A stretch of 60,569 nucleotides of DNA, counting the filler, from Nemertoderma westbladi (Eukaryota; Animalia; Xenacoelomorpha), in NCBI GenBank assembly GCA_032718475.1. It is 2 parts of 2 records of this genome, joined end to end, with 100 filler letters (N's around TTAATTAATTAA, not from the genome) between each part and the next. Parts side by side here need not be neighbours in the genome. Positions count along the whole stretch, not along the records: positions 29,673 to 60,569 come from JAUCBJ010007365.1; 1 more part is not named here. One strand, written 5' to 3'. The position numbers were made by a program, and so were the translations under genes. This document shows positions 34,129-47,800 of this stretch, piece by piece. Every line of letters starts with the position of its first letter. Position 1 is the stretch's first letter. The notes under the pieces are model-generated. The model was not told the DNA's origin. It did not search any database and saw only the letters and a program-made list of their open reading frames with translations.

Positions 34129-35469
34129 CTACTGGTTACTAGGGTAAATACCACATCTAAAAGCGAAAAGAACAATCAAGGAGAAAAGAAAAGGCAACCC
34201 CAACAGACTTAAAAGCGAACAAGTTGTTTCCATTCCAAAGTAATCATTGAGAAATCCTCCAAAAATGAGTCCTATAATATTTCCAATTGACAGAGAAATT
34301 CTATACATTTGTTGGAGAAGAGATCTGGTGTCAACATTATCAGGATAGCCACAAACATTTATTGCCAGTTGTGTTTGTATTTCCAGTGCCGGGGTTTCGA
34401 ATATACCAATCCCCAAACCTAGTAGAGCAGATCCGGTGATAGAGATGGCGAGATAATGAGGTAAACCCAGTAGTTCTGTAGGGCCTATTAGTTGCATTGA
34501 TACTGCTAGTACCATTACACCGAATACTGTAGGCAAGATTAAGACATGCTTCAATTTCTTTATCAGTAATGATATTATTAGACTCATTAAAGCTAGAACA
34601 CTTGCAAATATCATATATATCAGACCAATAAAATATTGGTTCACATTATAAGTGTGGTGAAGGTAGGTAGCATAGTTCGCAACTACAAAAGAAGAGAGCA
34701 TTATGAAATATGAATTCAAAATAAATATAAGTATAATGATTGGATTCTTCAGAACTTTAAGATAAGTTGGTCTGACTTCTTTCGATTCACATCTGTCATG
34801 AATATAAGCTGGTGACTCTATCCAGCAGTAAAGGATGATAATGAGAAACATCAAACCCGATATTATAAATGGGAATTCAAAACCCAAAGCAGCAAAAATC
34901 GATGACCCAAAAACTGGTGCAACCATATATCCCAAGTTGTCAATAATAACTGATAGACTGGCTAATAAAGTTCTTTTTGTCGGCCACAATTCCATTAATA
35001 GACTGAATGAATATATGAAACTAATGTTGAGACCAACAGATTCAATGATGCGCAGTGAAAAACATGCCAATATGTATAATCCATAGTTAGTATTAGGGAT
35101 ATACTCAACAAACCCAAATGCTAACTGGAAAACTGCTCCAATGATACCGAATAGACCCAAAGAGATATGAGTTCCCCAATTGTTGATAGAATGAGGGGAA
35201 GTAATGAAGATTACAAGTCTAACAGCTGTAAACATTGCGAAGAATGTACCAATCATGGTTTTAGACCAACTTCTCTCTTCCACAACAATTGGAAAAAACG
35301 TTTCCAATAAATTCTGACACCAACCTGGTATTGTTTGATAAACGATCAGCATTGTCAGTAACACATAAAGTCTCCATTCCTTTCTATGTCCATTTTTAGT
35401 GGAATCTGTTTCATTTCTTGCAGTTGAAATAATCGGAGCTCTTTCATCTGACATTTTATAGATGTACAA
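34129..35469 (-). CDS. MFS transporter, SLC18B1-like, single exon
   Basis: About 12 hydrophobic segments; LLETFFP, LRIIESVG, LGYMVAPVFGSSIFAALGFEFPF, IGPTELL, IGNIIGLIFGGFLNDYFG. Confidence 0.88.
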   Translation of the reverse strand: MYIYKMSDERAPIISTARNETDSTKNGHRKEWRLYVLLTMLIVYQTIPGWCQNLLETFFPIVVEERSWSKTMIGTFFAMFTAVRLVIFITSPHSINNWGTHISLGLFGIIGAVFQLAFGFVEYIPNTNYGLYILACFSLRIIESVGLNISFIYSFSLLMELWPTKRTLLASLSVIIDNLGYMVAPVFGSSIFAALGFEFPFIISGLMFLIIILYCWIESPAYIHDRCESKEVRPTYLKVLKNPIIILIFILNSYFIMLSSFVVANYATYLHHTYNVNQYFIGLIYMIFASVLALMSLIISLLIKKLKHVLILPTVFGVMVLAVSMQLIGPTELLGLPHYLAISITGSALLGLGIGIFETPALEIQTQLAINVCGYPDNVDTRSLLQQMYRISLSIGNIIGLIFGGFLNDYFGMETTCSLLSLLGLPFLFSLIVLFAFRCGIYPSNQ

Positions 35470-36052
35470 TTTGGTTTAGGTTATTCTGGATAATTCATAT
35501 ATGACAATAATGATTAGCAAAAGTAGAGCCAATTAAATATCATTTCCAAATTGAGCATTATTTGATTTTATGGCATGTCAGAACATAGTTAGGGTTATTT
35601 ACTAATATTTATTTACTTATTTACTAATAATAGATAGGGTTATCTAAAAAGATTGCAAAATTGCAGTTTTCAGTGATGAATCGAGCAACTTTGATTGGAA
35701 AAATAAATGATGATATTGTCAGTTGATGATGTGGATCTGTATTAGAAAAAATTTAGTCAGCCATATACATAAACAACTTCAGATAAATTCGATTTCCATG
35801 GATAATGTAAAATTTTCTTTAACCCCAGCGATATCATATTTATTACTGACAACACTGCAATGTATACATATTCACAAATTAAAGTGGTGAACAAGGTGGG
35901 CACAGATTTTATTAAGCATCATCATTATAGTATGTCCGACTTTAAATAAGAAATTTTAAATAATTTTTAATGTACTATATTTGAGGTGGTCATTTAGCTA
36001 TTCTGAGTATATGCACATAAGTTACCTGGGAAATGGTGAAAAACAACGAGAC

Positions 36053-36130
36053 TTGAAAAATATTGAGAGTAAAAATAATGAGTGTTGAAAAATATCGAGT
36101 AATGAGAAATATCGTGTTGCTGCATTCATG
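36053..36130. repeat. Short inverted relic of the 55031-55490 repeat family
   Basis: AAAAATATTGAGAGTAAAAA..GAGTGTTGAAAAATATCGAGT is the reverse complement of the 55-kb array units. Confidence 0.65.
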
Positions 36131-37906
36131 AATTCTGCATTTAAATTACTTATTTTACCAATTTTGGTCCAAAACTACATTTTTTATTGATAAAAAACCA
36201 GTTACAGTGTAATATTTATTATTCGCCATCTAGTGCCATTATACCCATATTCGAATTGATAGGATGCCTTACTGAGATTCGTGACGTCTTATTGGCCCGT
36301 ATTATTGCCTTGGTAAGGCTGATATATAATCTCTGCTGGTTGATCATTTTATCCACTCAGCACATTAGCATATTGCAGAGGAGTTACCTCCAATGCAGGC
36401 CCTTTGGATGCTGGTCAGATTACTGATGACCAGTGTTTATTACATGCCTTTATGTCTTTATTGTTAATGCCTTTGCTGTTAGTGTCTGTGTCGTGGTGAC
36501 ATTATAATATTATTATTTATTGATATTCTGTCGTTAAACTCAATTTACTCTCTTTGTTTGTTTAATATATCGCCGATATTACGAAATCAAGGAAGTTTTA
36601 CACGCGCCAGAAAAGGTGGGTCACTACAATTAAGTATCAGTGATAATCTGGACAATTGTATTAGATTTGTGTGTTGTCGTACCTCTGATTCACTAAATAA
36701 TTAATATATAGATATCTCAGACCATTATTATAAGCAAAGCTCTTATTATTAATTATATCACGATTGAGAGTTGTCACAAATTGATAATGGTAGAAATATC
36801 AATATAATTGGACATAAAGACAAGTTACAATACGTTTCCCCTAAAGGGAAACACAAACGCTAGACTTGAGTCCTTACATAATTAATTAGTCTGTCATTTG
36901 CTTGGTGGGATAAATATTTCTCCATTTGACGCAACACCGCCGCGGCCGCTATGAGGGAGGTGAATACCGCGGCCGCTCCTAAAGCGGCAGGCCATCGCTA
37001 ACTATATAGGTTAACTTGGGATTCTGGGGGACTTTTCGATGAAGGAACATACCAATTTTTTTTATTTTCGCACCAGGGGAGCGACTCGGAATTCTAAGAT
37101 ATTAGCCACTCTAACATTAGCAAATCTATCCCCTCGACGGACAAAAAGTGTAGAAAGAAAAGCGTAGAAGACCACAGGGGCTACATTCCTATCGAATGGG
37201 GGTACAAAAAATATGTAGGCAAAGGGGTCCAAAAAGGGCCAGAAAATAATAAAAAGTTTATAACTAACAACTTTTTTATTTTTGACTCTTGAAGGTTAAA
37301 GTACATTTTATACGGTTAATATCGATACGGGGAATCCAAATATTCGATTGGTTTTGCCGCGCAAACGATATTGAAAAAATTAGGGCCCAAATTATAATTT
37401 CACGCTTCAAACTCGCTTCGCGGGAACTCGTCTAGCTCGAAAAATACATAAGGTCTGGCAGACTTATTTAAACAGTCTTATAGAGCGTCAAATTATCTAT
37501 CTTTCAACGGTAGTTACAGCGCCATAGCTATTATATAACTGAAGCGGCAGACGATCGTGTGAAATATACTACTTATAAAAAAGGGACGAAAAATTTTTTT
37601 TTAAATAAATCGCCATTACATTATAATTTAACTTTTTGCGCCAAAAGTTCCTGTAAAATGTAGCAAATTAACTCCACTATCTTTTTTCTTAACATTTATC
37701 ATTAAAATAACGAGTTTTAAGGGTCGAAAAATATCGCGTCATTTTGGCCCTTTTTTTTCATTTTTTTTGGGGCCAAAAATACCCCCTCTCAAAAGATAGA
37801 AAAAAAAATTACGGCAAAGAATATACCAATTTTATTGAATTTGGAGCACCAGAACCGAAATTTAGTCAAAAATTAAAAATATTTTTTTTTTGCAAAAAAT
37901 TAAGAA

Positions 37907-37980
37907 TGGTCATATTGGGTTTCGAACCCACGAACTTAAGTATCGTTAACGTGATTGATTACCACTAGACTTCGTGACCA
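37907..37980 (-). pseudogene. tRNA-like relic (74 nt)
   Basis: Minus strand reads TGGTCAC GA AGTCTAGTGGTAA ... GTGGGTTCGAAACCCAA TATGACCA. It has acceptor-stem pairing and A/B-box-like motifs but no proper anticodon arm. Confidence 0.5.
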
Positions 37981-40900
37981 AGAGAATTTGAAATTTTCGA
38001 GTGATTATTTTTAAACATCAATAACTTCTGTTCTACTGGGCCGTTTGATCTGAAACTTTTTTCATTGGATAGAGGATAGATTGTAGTGTGTGAAATAGGA
38101 TACAACTTGGGAAAAGACGCATGTGCACTTAGTGCATAATGCACTTAAAAAGTACACATTTTTTCGATATTTCAAACACTATTATTTCCAGTTCCATTCA
38201 TCGTAGAATGTTATTTTTTGGATTAAAATGTAGTTTGGAGTGATTTCTAACTATAATCGTAACATTTGTTTAACTTTTTATGTATATAAAGTGACTTAAA
38301 ATGCCCATGAATATGGTCCAAAATCGCAAATGTCGCGATTTATTAAATTAGATTTTTTACACTTTTAGTGACTGACACTTGATCATACACCATCGTAGAT
38401 CGGTAGAGGATAAACATAAGTTTGTTAAATAAGAACCACCATTACGATCTGCTGAAGTGCACTTGCACAAATAAGTGTGCAAAAGTGCAAATTTTTTAAT
38501 AAGGTCAAATTATATAGCATTGGGTTCTTTTCTTTGCAGATACTTTATTTTCATATTAATATGTTGTTTGGCTCATACTGAGCGCATTAGGGATATGCGT
38601 ACAAATAAGCGGCCCTTATTAAGGCTTCGATTGGGTTAATAAATAAAACATAAGGTTGTAATATTCTAAAAAACCAGTGTGATATTAAATGCACTTTAAA
38701 CAATGAATAGAGATAAAATAACAAATGGACTACACAATTAAAAACTCGCACAATTTTGTACTTATTATATCGCTTCAAATTAATTTAACAGTGGATATTT
38801 TGGGGGAAGGGGGAAGTTACAGTGTGCATTCGGGGGAAGTTTGGTGAACTGCATTTATGCAGTGAATCCAAACTTCCCCCTTTTAGATATCGTATACTTA
38901 AGACATGCTCGATTGTCAGGGAAATAATAGTTACTGTCACACTTTGCTTCCATTTATCCTATCCTTTATTATTACCCCAGTCAGATAAGAGATAATAATC
39001 AGTAAAAACCAAACTAAACTGTCTTTCATGCAAACAAATTTCTAATTAAAGACGGGTGAATGACCATGACCATGGAAATAATTTTAAATATAATCGTATA
39101 TCAACTCTTTGGGGAGGCTTCCAAACCCAAAAACAATTATTTCGTTACATATAATATAGTAAATAACGTTGTATGTTCTTCTTCCTATCATAATAAAATA
39201 TATATGAAATATCTCTGATCGCTGTGCCCTGAACATTTCACAACCAAAATGTTTCAGTGTGAAAAGTGTAGGCCTACCACACCCCGCCCAAACAGCCGCA
39301 AACGCATAGCCAACAAATTTATCAAAAGTTTACATACATGTTGTGTTCATGACGAGATGAGTGAAAATTGATCGCGTAATATAAACTAAAAAATTGAGAG
39401 TCGGGCCTGGCTCTTCTCCACTTTCTTACCCAATGGAAATGTTGTTGTTATAATCTAATATTGGGGCGGCTTTCTCTCGTTATACTGTGTTGTCACACCC
39501 TCCCTGTATCATATCTCAGTTAAATACAATAGATAATCAAATGCCGTATCGAACTAAATAAGCTATAGAGCAAATCAATACATAAGAGGGAAACAAAAGG
39601 GGACTAATTGATACAGTGAGTGGCCCTTGGTTACAGGTACACTTTAGCGCAACTCCGCTCATTGTATCAGACCAGCGATTTCTGCGTAGTTGCAAAAGAG
39701 TCGAAATATACGAAATTGAGATTGAAAGAACATATTTTTTATTAAAAGCGCTAACAGTAATAAATGCTGTTAAACTACGTTTAACAGTAATAAAAACGAT
39801 TTTCATTCCCCTCACAGTAATATTTGACTCTCAACCCCCCTCGAGTGTTTTGATTTGCTTATTTGTTCTATTGATGTGCTTATTTTCTCTAATTTCGATC
39901 GGCCATCGTAATTGGTAGGAATTTGGTACATAAATATTTATCGATTTATATTATAGACCTGGCCCGTTTATTGTATTTTTTGGTAAGTATTCTGCAAGTA
40001 ATTGATGAACTTATTTACTGGTGTATAACCGGAGAGTGTAAAGGAGTACTTTATATATCGTTATTTATAATTGGTGTATTTGTTGTTTTTTGCTTTCACG
40101 TATTGGTGAGTTTTGAACATTAACTGATAGTGCCCTGTGTGTTGTTGGACCTTGTAAGGCGTAGACGTTCGTATTCTACCGTAAGCCGGGTACAATAGGT
40201 AAATTCCCGCTGCAATAATTCTAGATTGGTCGGGTCAGATAATAGACAGAATCTCATATTTACCATAAAACATTTTACTGCAAGTTAGCCTACTGTGAAT
40301 TACCGGTATCTGATTGCTTGGCTTCATAGTGTATTAAGTAAATGCTTAATTGTTTTGTAGGCCTCATTATATCCCCTATCTTATTCCTATTTCCGTTATT
40401 GGAACAAATAAAGTTATTTATTTCCTTGTGGGAGGAAATACTACTTTATTCCCGACGAATTACCTTTCATACTTGGTTTTACAGAATTGTAGCGCATAAG
40501 TACGACTGGCCCATCAAAAATATCCACAACATAGTCTGTGGATGAATCGTGGGGCACTTTCGTTTCTTCAACCAAGTATCAAACTGCTATTTATCGACTT
40601 ACTAGTTCGAATTTTTCAGTCGATCGGAACCACTTTATGCGGTCTTAGCCCGTCAACAGTTCGTTATACCCTATACTTGGCAAAATAACTAAGAGTCCTT
40701 GGTAGCGTATGCGACAATCCCGGGGATGCATTCTACTAAACGTATCTATTGTTTTTATTTGTGCTATTAACATTTGTCTCTTGACTGGTCCCTAAACATT
40801 CGAAATGATTTACAAATTCCCTACTTTCTAATTCCCAGTCTTATTGTTCTGCAAATTTTCCTTTTACGTGTATTATATTAAAGTAAACTCTAAGTTTACA

Positions 40901-42573
40901 CCACTTCTTGTAACGTAGGTACTTTAGGTATAAGTAACGTTTTGTATTTATTTCATTGAGTTGTGCTGTTTTTTATTCCGAGATTATTATTCCATAATAA
41001 ATATAAAGGGAACATTTAACGATATACATATATATCATCGAGCTATTTAACATTTCAGCTCATTTATTCCCCCTCATATCCAATATTTACAACATGGATC
41101 TCTGTCAGCGTAATATTCAAAAAACCAATATATTTCTTGGGTGGAATTATTTGTCGTTTCTGCAAGCAATATTAGGTCACATGACTGTCCTACCTATGAA
41201 GTAACCTTGACTACAGCCTGGGCTTACACTCCCTGCTTAGTTGATTGCTGCTAATAAGTAGGCAGTTGTATTACACCATAGGAATCATTAGCTCAGCTTG
41301 CTAGCCCCAACCCTTCCTGTTGGTTGGACGTATTACATGTAAAGGTAGCTTACAGCATACACTCTATAGTGGTAGTATACTGCCTTGCTTATACCACCTT
41401 CTTTGTTGTTAGACTATCTTACCCCTAATCCAATAGGAGGTAATTCATTCCTCTGTCAGTGGTAGCATTGCTTGTAGTGAGTTAAACTTAATAATTTCCC
41501 CCATCAAGCGGTGAATCAGAATATTTATCACGGCATTATTCCTGACAAATAAATTACCGGTCATATATTTATTATTTACCGGTAATTAACTTGTGGACTG
41601 AATTAATCAATTTAATTCCGTGTTATTTGTTTGGGTGCGATTGTAATAATTTATTTATAACATATTATTATTGTTACAATAAATCGTTGATAATAAAAGA
41701 AGGCATAATAGTTATTTTTAAAGGGTTAATAAAAATACTTTCACTTCAAAATAAAATCTAGCAAAATGTCTTATCATTCAAATACCAACAAGAGCGCCTC
41801 AGACAGTTCTCTCAGCGACCACACCTCCAACCTTGACGTAGCTGCGATACCAGTACATTCCGACCCGGATAGATCTCCGACCAGAGAATTGCCTGAGCCG
41901 GAATAATCCAGTTTGAATCAAGTGAGTAACCCCATTATGCCCTCAAAACTAAATCGACCACCCACTGTCACCAGAACTAACCAACCCACTACTGGCCTCG
42001 AATTACAATCTGACCGACCGAGAGTGACTGCAACCTCCGACTTAGACCGGACGGAAGTCGACACAGCCGCCGGGAATGGGCCCACTTATGGCCCCTTCCC
42101 CTGGTTTATTAATCGGCCTTCTAAGGGCCATTGACAACTATCGGGCCTCCGAGAAAGGGACTAAGGTTCAAATACTGTCTATGTCTGTCACAGAGATGCA
42201 ACAGGCTGTATTGTGATATTATAATTACCCAGCATTGGATAAGTTTTTTCCATTACATTCTGCCACCTCTGATGAATTGACAGCATTGAAAGTACCAGCT
42301 GATCCCACAGACCTTGGTAAAGTGGGAAGGTCCCTAAGGGGATTTCAGACCGGTTTTGCTAAGCAAATCGCCAGTTTTGAAACTGCCTTACGGGACCCGA
42401 ACATAAGACAATCCTCCATCACTCTTTTATGACATAAAGGAGAGAATAATCCATATCAGGATAATACTCTCCACCTTCTATCAGTACGCCATCTGGACTG
42501 GAGCTGCAGTGATAGAAACTGCAGCCAATGAAAACATAATAAAATTCGCTCAGTCGGCGCGTACTTGCCTCTC

Positions 42574-43038
42574 TGTGGTGATCAGCAGCAAGGACATACA
42601 AAATATGAAACACAACAATATCAAATTACAAAAAACGTTATAAATAATATAACGCCATCTAGGGAAGTTTACAGGAAACAACAAAATTGCGCTAGAATAA
42701 TCCTGACCGCTGATTGGAGGATAACAAAGAGGGATAGATAGGTAGGATAATACCGGTAAGTAAGTAATATATCAAGATATGGTCAGTACAATACAGTACC
42801 TACAGTAGTAGTTTAGATTCGTGTTTCTTTTTGGATGTCTGACATCTGACTGTCTGACGTATGTACATATGTATTTCAGTATTTTGATTTATCTGTTTTG
42901 ATTAGATGAACTAACAAACTAATCGTTTTAGCCAGCCTGCCAGTTAACGGCAGATTTTCTTCAGGGAAACCAGAAAAACTAAGTGGTAGATTGCCACGGA
43001 ACCCGGGTTCGACCTTATCCTGTTATCCAGCTTTCACA
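42574..43038 (+). repeat. 5' LTR
   Basis: TGTGGTGATCAGC...CCAGCTTTCACA, direct repeat of 49628-50092. Confidence 0.97.
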
Positions 43039-43040
43039 TT

Positions 43041-43057
43041 TGGGGGCTTGTCCGGGA
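43041..43057 (+). promoter_or_regulatory. Primer-binding site complementary to tRNA-Pro
   Basis: TGGGGGCTTGTCCGGGA versus the canonical tRNA-Pro PBS TGGGGGCTCGTCCGGGA (one G:U-type difference), 2 nt after the LTR. Confidence 0.9.
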
Positions 43058-43227
43058 GGATTTTTTTTTTTCCTGGTTGCTGCTGCTGGATATAGACTTG
43101 TTACTTGTACCGTCAGACCGTTGGGCGTAGATAATCGATTGTTGGTTATCGGTAAACTGGCTGACTTTGGACTTGTACCGGTAGGTACCGGTAATATCAA
43201 GCATTCAGACAGTCAGCGAGTCAGGGT

Positions 43228-44862
43228 ATGACAGACGTTTTTGGATTCGAGAACGATAGCGATAGTACCGGTAGTAGATGCGGAGGGTCTGACCAAACGC
43301 AAATAGCCGTCGGTCCGAGAGAAGAATCAAGTTGGACGGACATAAACTTAAATAGTCCGGCGGTTGTCGTTCCTGGTTCCGGTTGCGACCGTCCTAGATA
43401 TTCTGAAACGCAGTCTCACGGTAGGAATCGGTTTCCTGCAGTACCGGTACCAGGAGAAGGGGACGATTACATACATCCTAATAGAGAGCAGCAAGGTACC
43501 GATACCTGTATACAGCTTGAACGCGACGCACCGATAATGGCGGATATCAGGAAGGAACCGGAAATATTCGACGGGCGTGGAGATGTTGATTCCTGGGTTA
43601 GTGCATTACAGCGATTGGGACGTCTTCGAAGATGGAATTACGTGATGATGGGAAGGGTTGCTTCCGTTTATGTGTCAGGTACCGCGGCTCGCGTAATAGA
43701 AGAATTACCTACTGAACAACAAGTCGATTTTGATAGCGTAGTAGCCACTCTGCGAGCTAGATTTAGGCCTTTACCCCCCGAGGTTATATGTAGTAAGCTG
43801 TTAGATTGTAGGCTTGGAATAAATGAAACTATAGAGGAGTATGTAGATAAACTCCAGAAATGGGGACAGCAAGCCTGGGTAGATATGAATGGTGCACAAT
43901 GAGATCGGTTATTACTTACAGTTTTTTACAGAGGCATACCCTCTGATTTGGCTTTTAGGATTAGAAACAGCCATCCGCAATCGTTTGACGAGGCTGTACG
44001 TATGGCGCGTAATGAAGAAATTTATTTAGCGGAGGCGAACCATTTAAATTACGGTGATCAAGCTGGACGTATTGATCGAAATACCGATATTGATTCTAAT
44101 AGGCCAAAGCATACCTTTTTGCAGGAAAGTGGTGTACATGGATATGTAAACAATACGGCGAGTTTTAATAGAAATTCTACTGTACCGAGTAGACCGGTTA
44201 CCGTTGATCCAAAAATAAATAAATTAGAAAGTGAGATACAAGAATTACGGAAACAAATTTCCGGTATGCAGTGCCAGCCAGCTCCTGTACGTCCGTTTAC
44301 TCCTGTACGTCCGTTTACTGCATGGAATAAGAGTAGAACAGATTCTGGTCCAAACCATTCTGAAAGGAGTAGTGATACATTAGCTTACAGTAGTGGTAGA
44401 CCTGTAGATAGCCCTTATTTGACTGAGCCAAGTAGGTCAATTATTCAAAGTGAACATTTTCAGGGAAGTAATAATATGACACCCCGTAGGAATGTTACAT
44501 GTTTTAACTGCAATGAATTTGGCCATTACAGTACCCAATGTCCCCAGCCGTTTGCTTCCCGTAATGTTCAGCCACGGAGAGATATTGTTTGTTTTAATTG
44601 TAACGAGTCTGGACATTACAGTACCCATTGCCCAAGATCTCAAACATCCCGATTTAATAGATCGAGTGACGATGTGAGACGTACTTATCCATACAGACCG
44701 AGACCTTCCCCACTTAGTACTGGTAGCAATATGTGCCACACCCTACTCCACCGCCCAGTAGGTTTAGTACGGATGCTGGTACACCGGCTTCGAGTTTTGA
44801 AAATAATCACATACGGTATACAACGCATACGAATCGCGATTGGTACATACCTATACATATAG
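43228..44862 (+). pseudogene. Gypsy gag with an in-frame TGA at 43900-43902 and two CCHC zinc knuckles
   Basis: Capsid-like PEIFDG and ETIEEYVDKL; same frame on both sides of the stop; CFNCNEFGHYSTQC and CFNCNESGHYSTHC. Confidence 0.88.
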
Positions 44863-47800
44863 GACGTACAAAGATGGTTGGTTTGGTAGATAGCGGTTCG
44901 GATTTTACTATAATGGATATACGTAAATTACCAAAGGATTGTGAACTGGGAGCCAGTAGTATACCATCTATTAAGGGTGTAGGAGGGTTAATGCCAGTAT
45001 TAGGTGAAGTGCATCTACCGATTGTTATTACGTCAGACTTTAAAGTAGACATATTAGTGTATATTGGCGACTTACAGAAAATTGATGGTTCTGAAATTAT
45101 TTTTGGTAAAGATTTTATCTACCAAGCCTGTACCTCGTTTGATTTAGTAAAGCAATGTATGATTTTACGGAATAACGAGTGTGTTTATTTTTGTAGTCCA
45201 CCGACTCAGGTTATATCTAACTCAACCACAGAACACTATACTCGCCGTATAATTATGTCAGAAAAGAGGGTTACTATACCACCAGATTCACAGGCATATA
45301 TTACAGGTTGTTTGAAGGGAAAGGGAAGTAATTGTAGCTTCCCAGCAGGACCAGTTTATATTGAACCTCTGTATCAGTCGAATACTCAAACCCTACTAGC
45401 ACGTTGTATTATAGAGCCAATTGATAAAGAACGTGTTACATTACAAGTTTTAAACCCAAACAATTCACCAATTACTGTTTTTAAGAACCAGAAGGTAGCA
45501 TCATACTGTGACGTCACTAATTATACCTTGCGTACTTTAGAAAGTAGGGCTATCAGTACAGATAGTGTAGTTAATGATGTCAATGGTAAACAGATATTTT
45601 TACGTGAAGAATTAAAATTAGACCATTTAGACTCTGACAAACAAGCTGATGTATTGGACATTGTTGGACAGAATCCCCATTCATTTTCTTACAATGATTA
45701 TGACATAGGACGGACTACACTGTTACAACATTCTATACCTTTGAAACCTGATGCTAAACCGATACATGTAAAGCCTTATCCAATACCCGTAGCCATACGT
45801 CCAGAACTGAGAGAACGGTTAAGTAATTTACAACGTGTAGGAGTTATACAGCCGAGTACCAGTGAATGGTCTTCTCCTCTTATTATTGTTAAGGCACCTA
45901 ATAAGCCATGGCGCTTAGCTATAGACTATAGGGGACTTAATTCAGTAGCGGTTCCTCAATTTTGGCCATTACCTAATATTGATTACATGTTAGCAGAAGT
46001 TGGTGCTGCCAGACCAGAATATTTCAGTGCTTTGGATTTTAAATCCATGTTTTGGCAAGTAGAGATTAATCCGGAGGATTATGCGAAGACCGCCTTTCAT
46101 ACTCAGTGGGGAAACTTTGAGTTTCGTAGAATGCCGTTTGGGCTTCAGTCATCACCCAGTACGTGTCAGAGATTAATGCAACTAGGATTAGAAGGGATAG
46201 AATGTGCTTTAGTGTACATGGATGACCTGATATTGTATTCTAGAACGTGGGAACAGCACATAGAACTCATAGATATAGTACTACGGCGTATAAGTGAGTT
46301 AGGTCTCAAATGGAAACCATCTAAATGTTGTTTTGGAGCGAGTTCAATACACTTCCTAGGACACATTATTGATCGGGATGGTATACATACTGACCCTAAG
46401 AAAATAAGTACAATGGTCGATTTCCCCAGACCTACTTGTGTGAAGGACTTACAGAGTTTTCTGGGCCTGTGTGGATACTACAGGAAGTTTGTGAGAGATT
46501 ATGGCAAATTAGTACAACCATTGTATGGCCTAACTAAAGTAGGAGTGCCGTTTTACTGGAATGCAGATTGTGAACAAGCTTTTCTAGAACTCAAGAATCG
46601 ACTCGTTTCATCGCCAATTTTATCCCACCCTGACTTTGAACGAGAGTTTACCTTAGAAACTGATGCCAGTGGATCTGGACTTGGGGCGATACTTTGCCAA
46701 GACGATAAGGTTATAGCTTATGCTTCGCGTTCCCTGACTTGTGCTGAAGCTAAGTGGTCGATTACGGAATTAGAGGGATTAGCAGTAGTTTGGGCCGTAG
46801 CTAAGTTTCGTTTTTATTTATTGGGTCGGCATTTTAAAGTGATTTCAGATCATAACCCCCTGCGATGCTTGTCTTGGGTTGGTGTCAATCGCCATATTAC
46901 GGGTCGTCTCCAAAGGTGGGCACTAAAACTGTCAGAATACGATTATACTTTTATTTATAAGCCCGGAAAGTTTAACAGGGCTGATTGCTTATCCCGAATA
47001 AAAGTAGAACATCCTCTAGATACGACTAACACTGTAAACAATCACAGTAACGAACTCGATGTTGAACCATTTTGTTTAATTAATGTTCCTGTAATAAACC
47101 CTGTAGACTCTACAGACGTGACTGGAGACACAGACAATTTGATGAATAACAAATCTAATGTAGTGAGTGTAGATACCGATGAACTACAAGGTCTTGTAGA
47201 CTTATTTAGTTGCACTGGAACGGATTCGAAGGTTTGTAACCATGACTACCAGGATAAACAGAGTTCAGTAGCAAATGACGATGATGGATGTTCATATTAC
47301 CGTGCTCCAGATACCTCAATACATGTAGATAGTTTCGCAGACGTTCAGTCTTCCTTACCTGTGTTACCTAGCAATGTGGAGTTTTGTAGTTTGTCCAGAC
47401 TACGTACACTGCAGTTGGAAGATTCAAATATTAAGGTGATGGTAGAATATTTACAAACGGGAAATAAACCAGAATTTAATCGTAAGCTCTCTGAGTGTAA
47501 GAATATGGTAAAGTTACATACACAATATGTATTAGTAGATGGTATTCTATGTCACGTCTCGGATTGTAAGACAAATAAGACAATACAAGTAGTAGTACCT
47601 AAGTTACTACGTAGACAGGTACTACTTCAGTTCCATGACCTTAGGTCACACTTAGGAATTAATAAAGCGTTGAATGACATTAAAGTAAAATTTTATTGGG
47701 TAAATCTCCGGGATGATGTAGCGCGGTACATACATAGTTGTGATCCTTGTCAACGACGTAAAGGTTCTACTAGTATTCAACCATTAACTAGTTTACCAGC

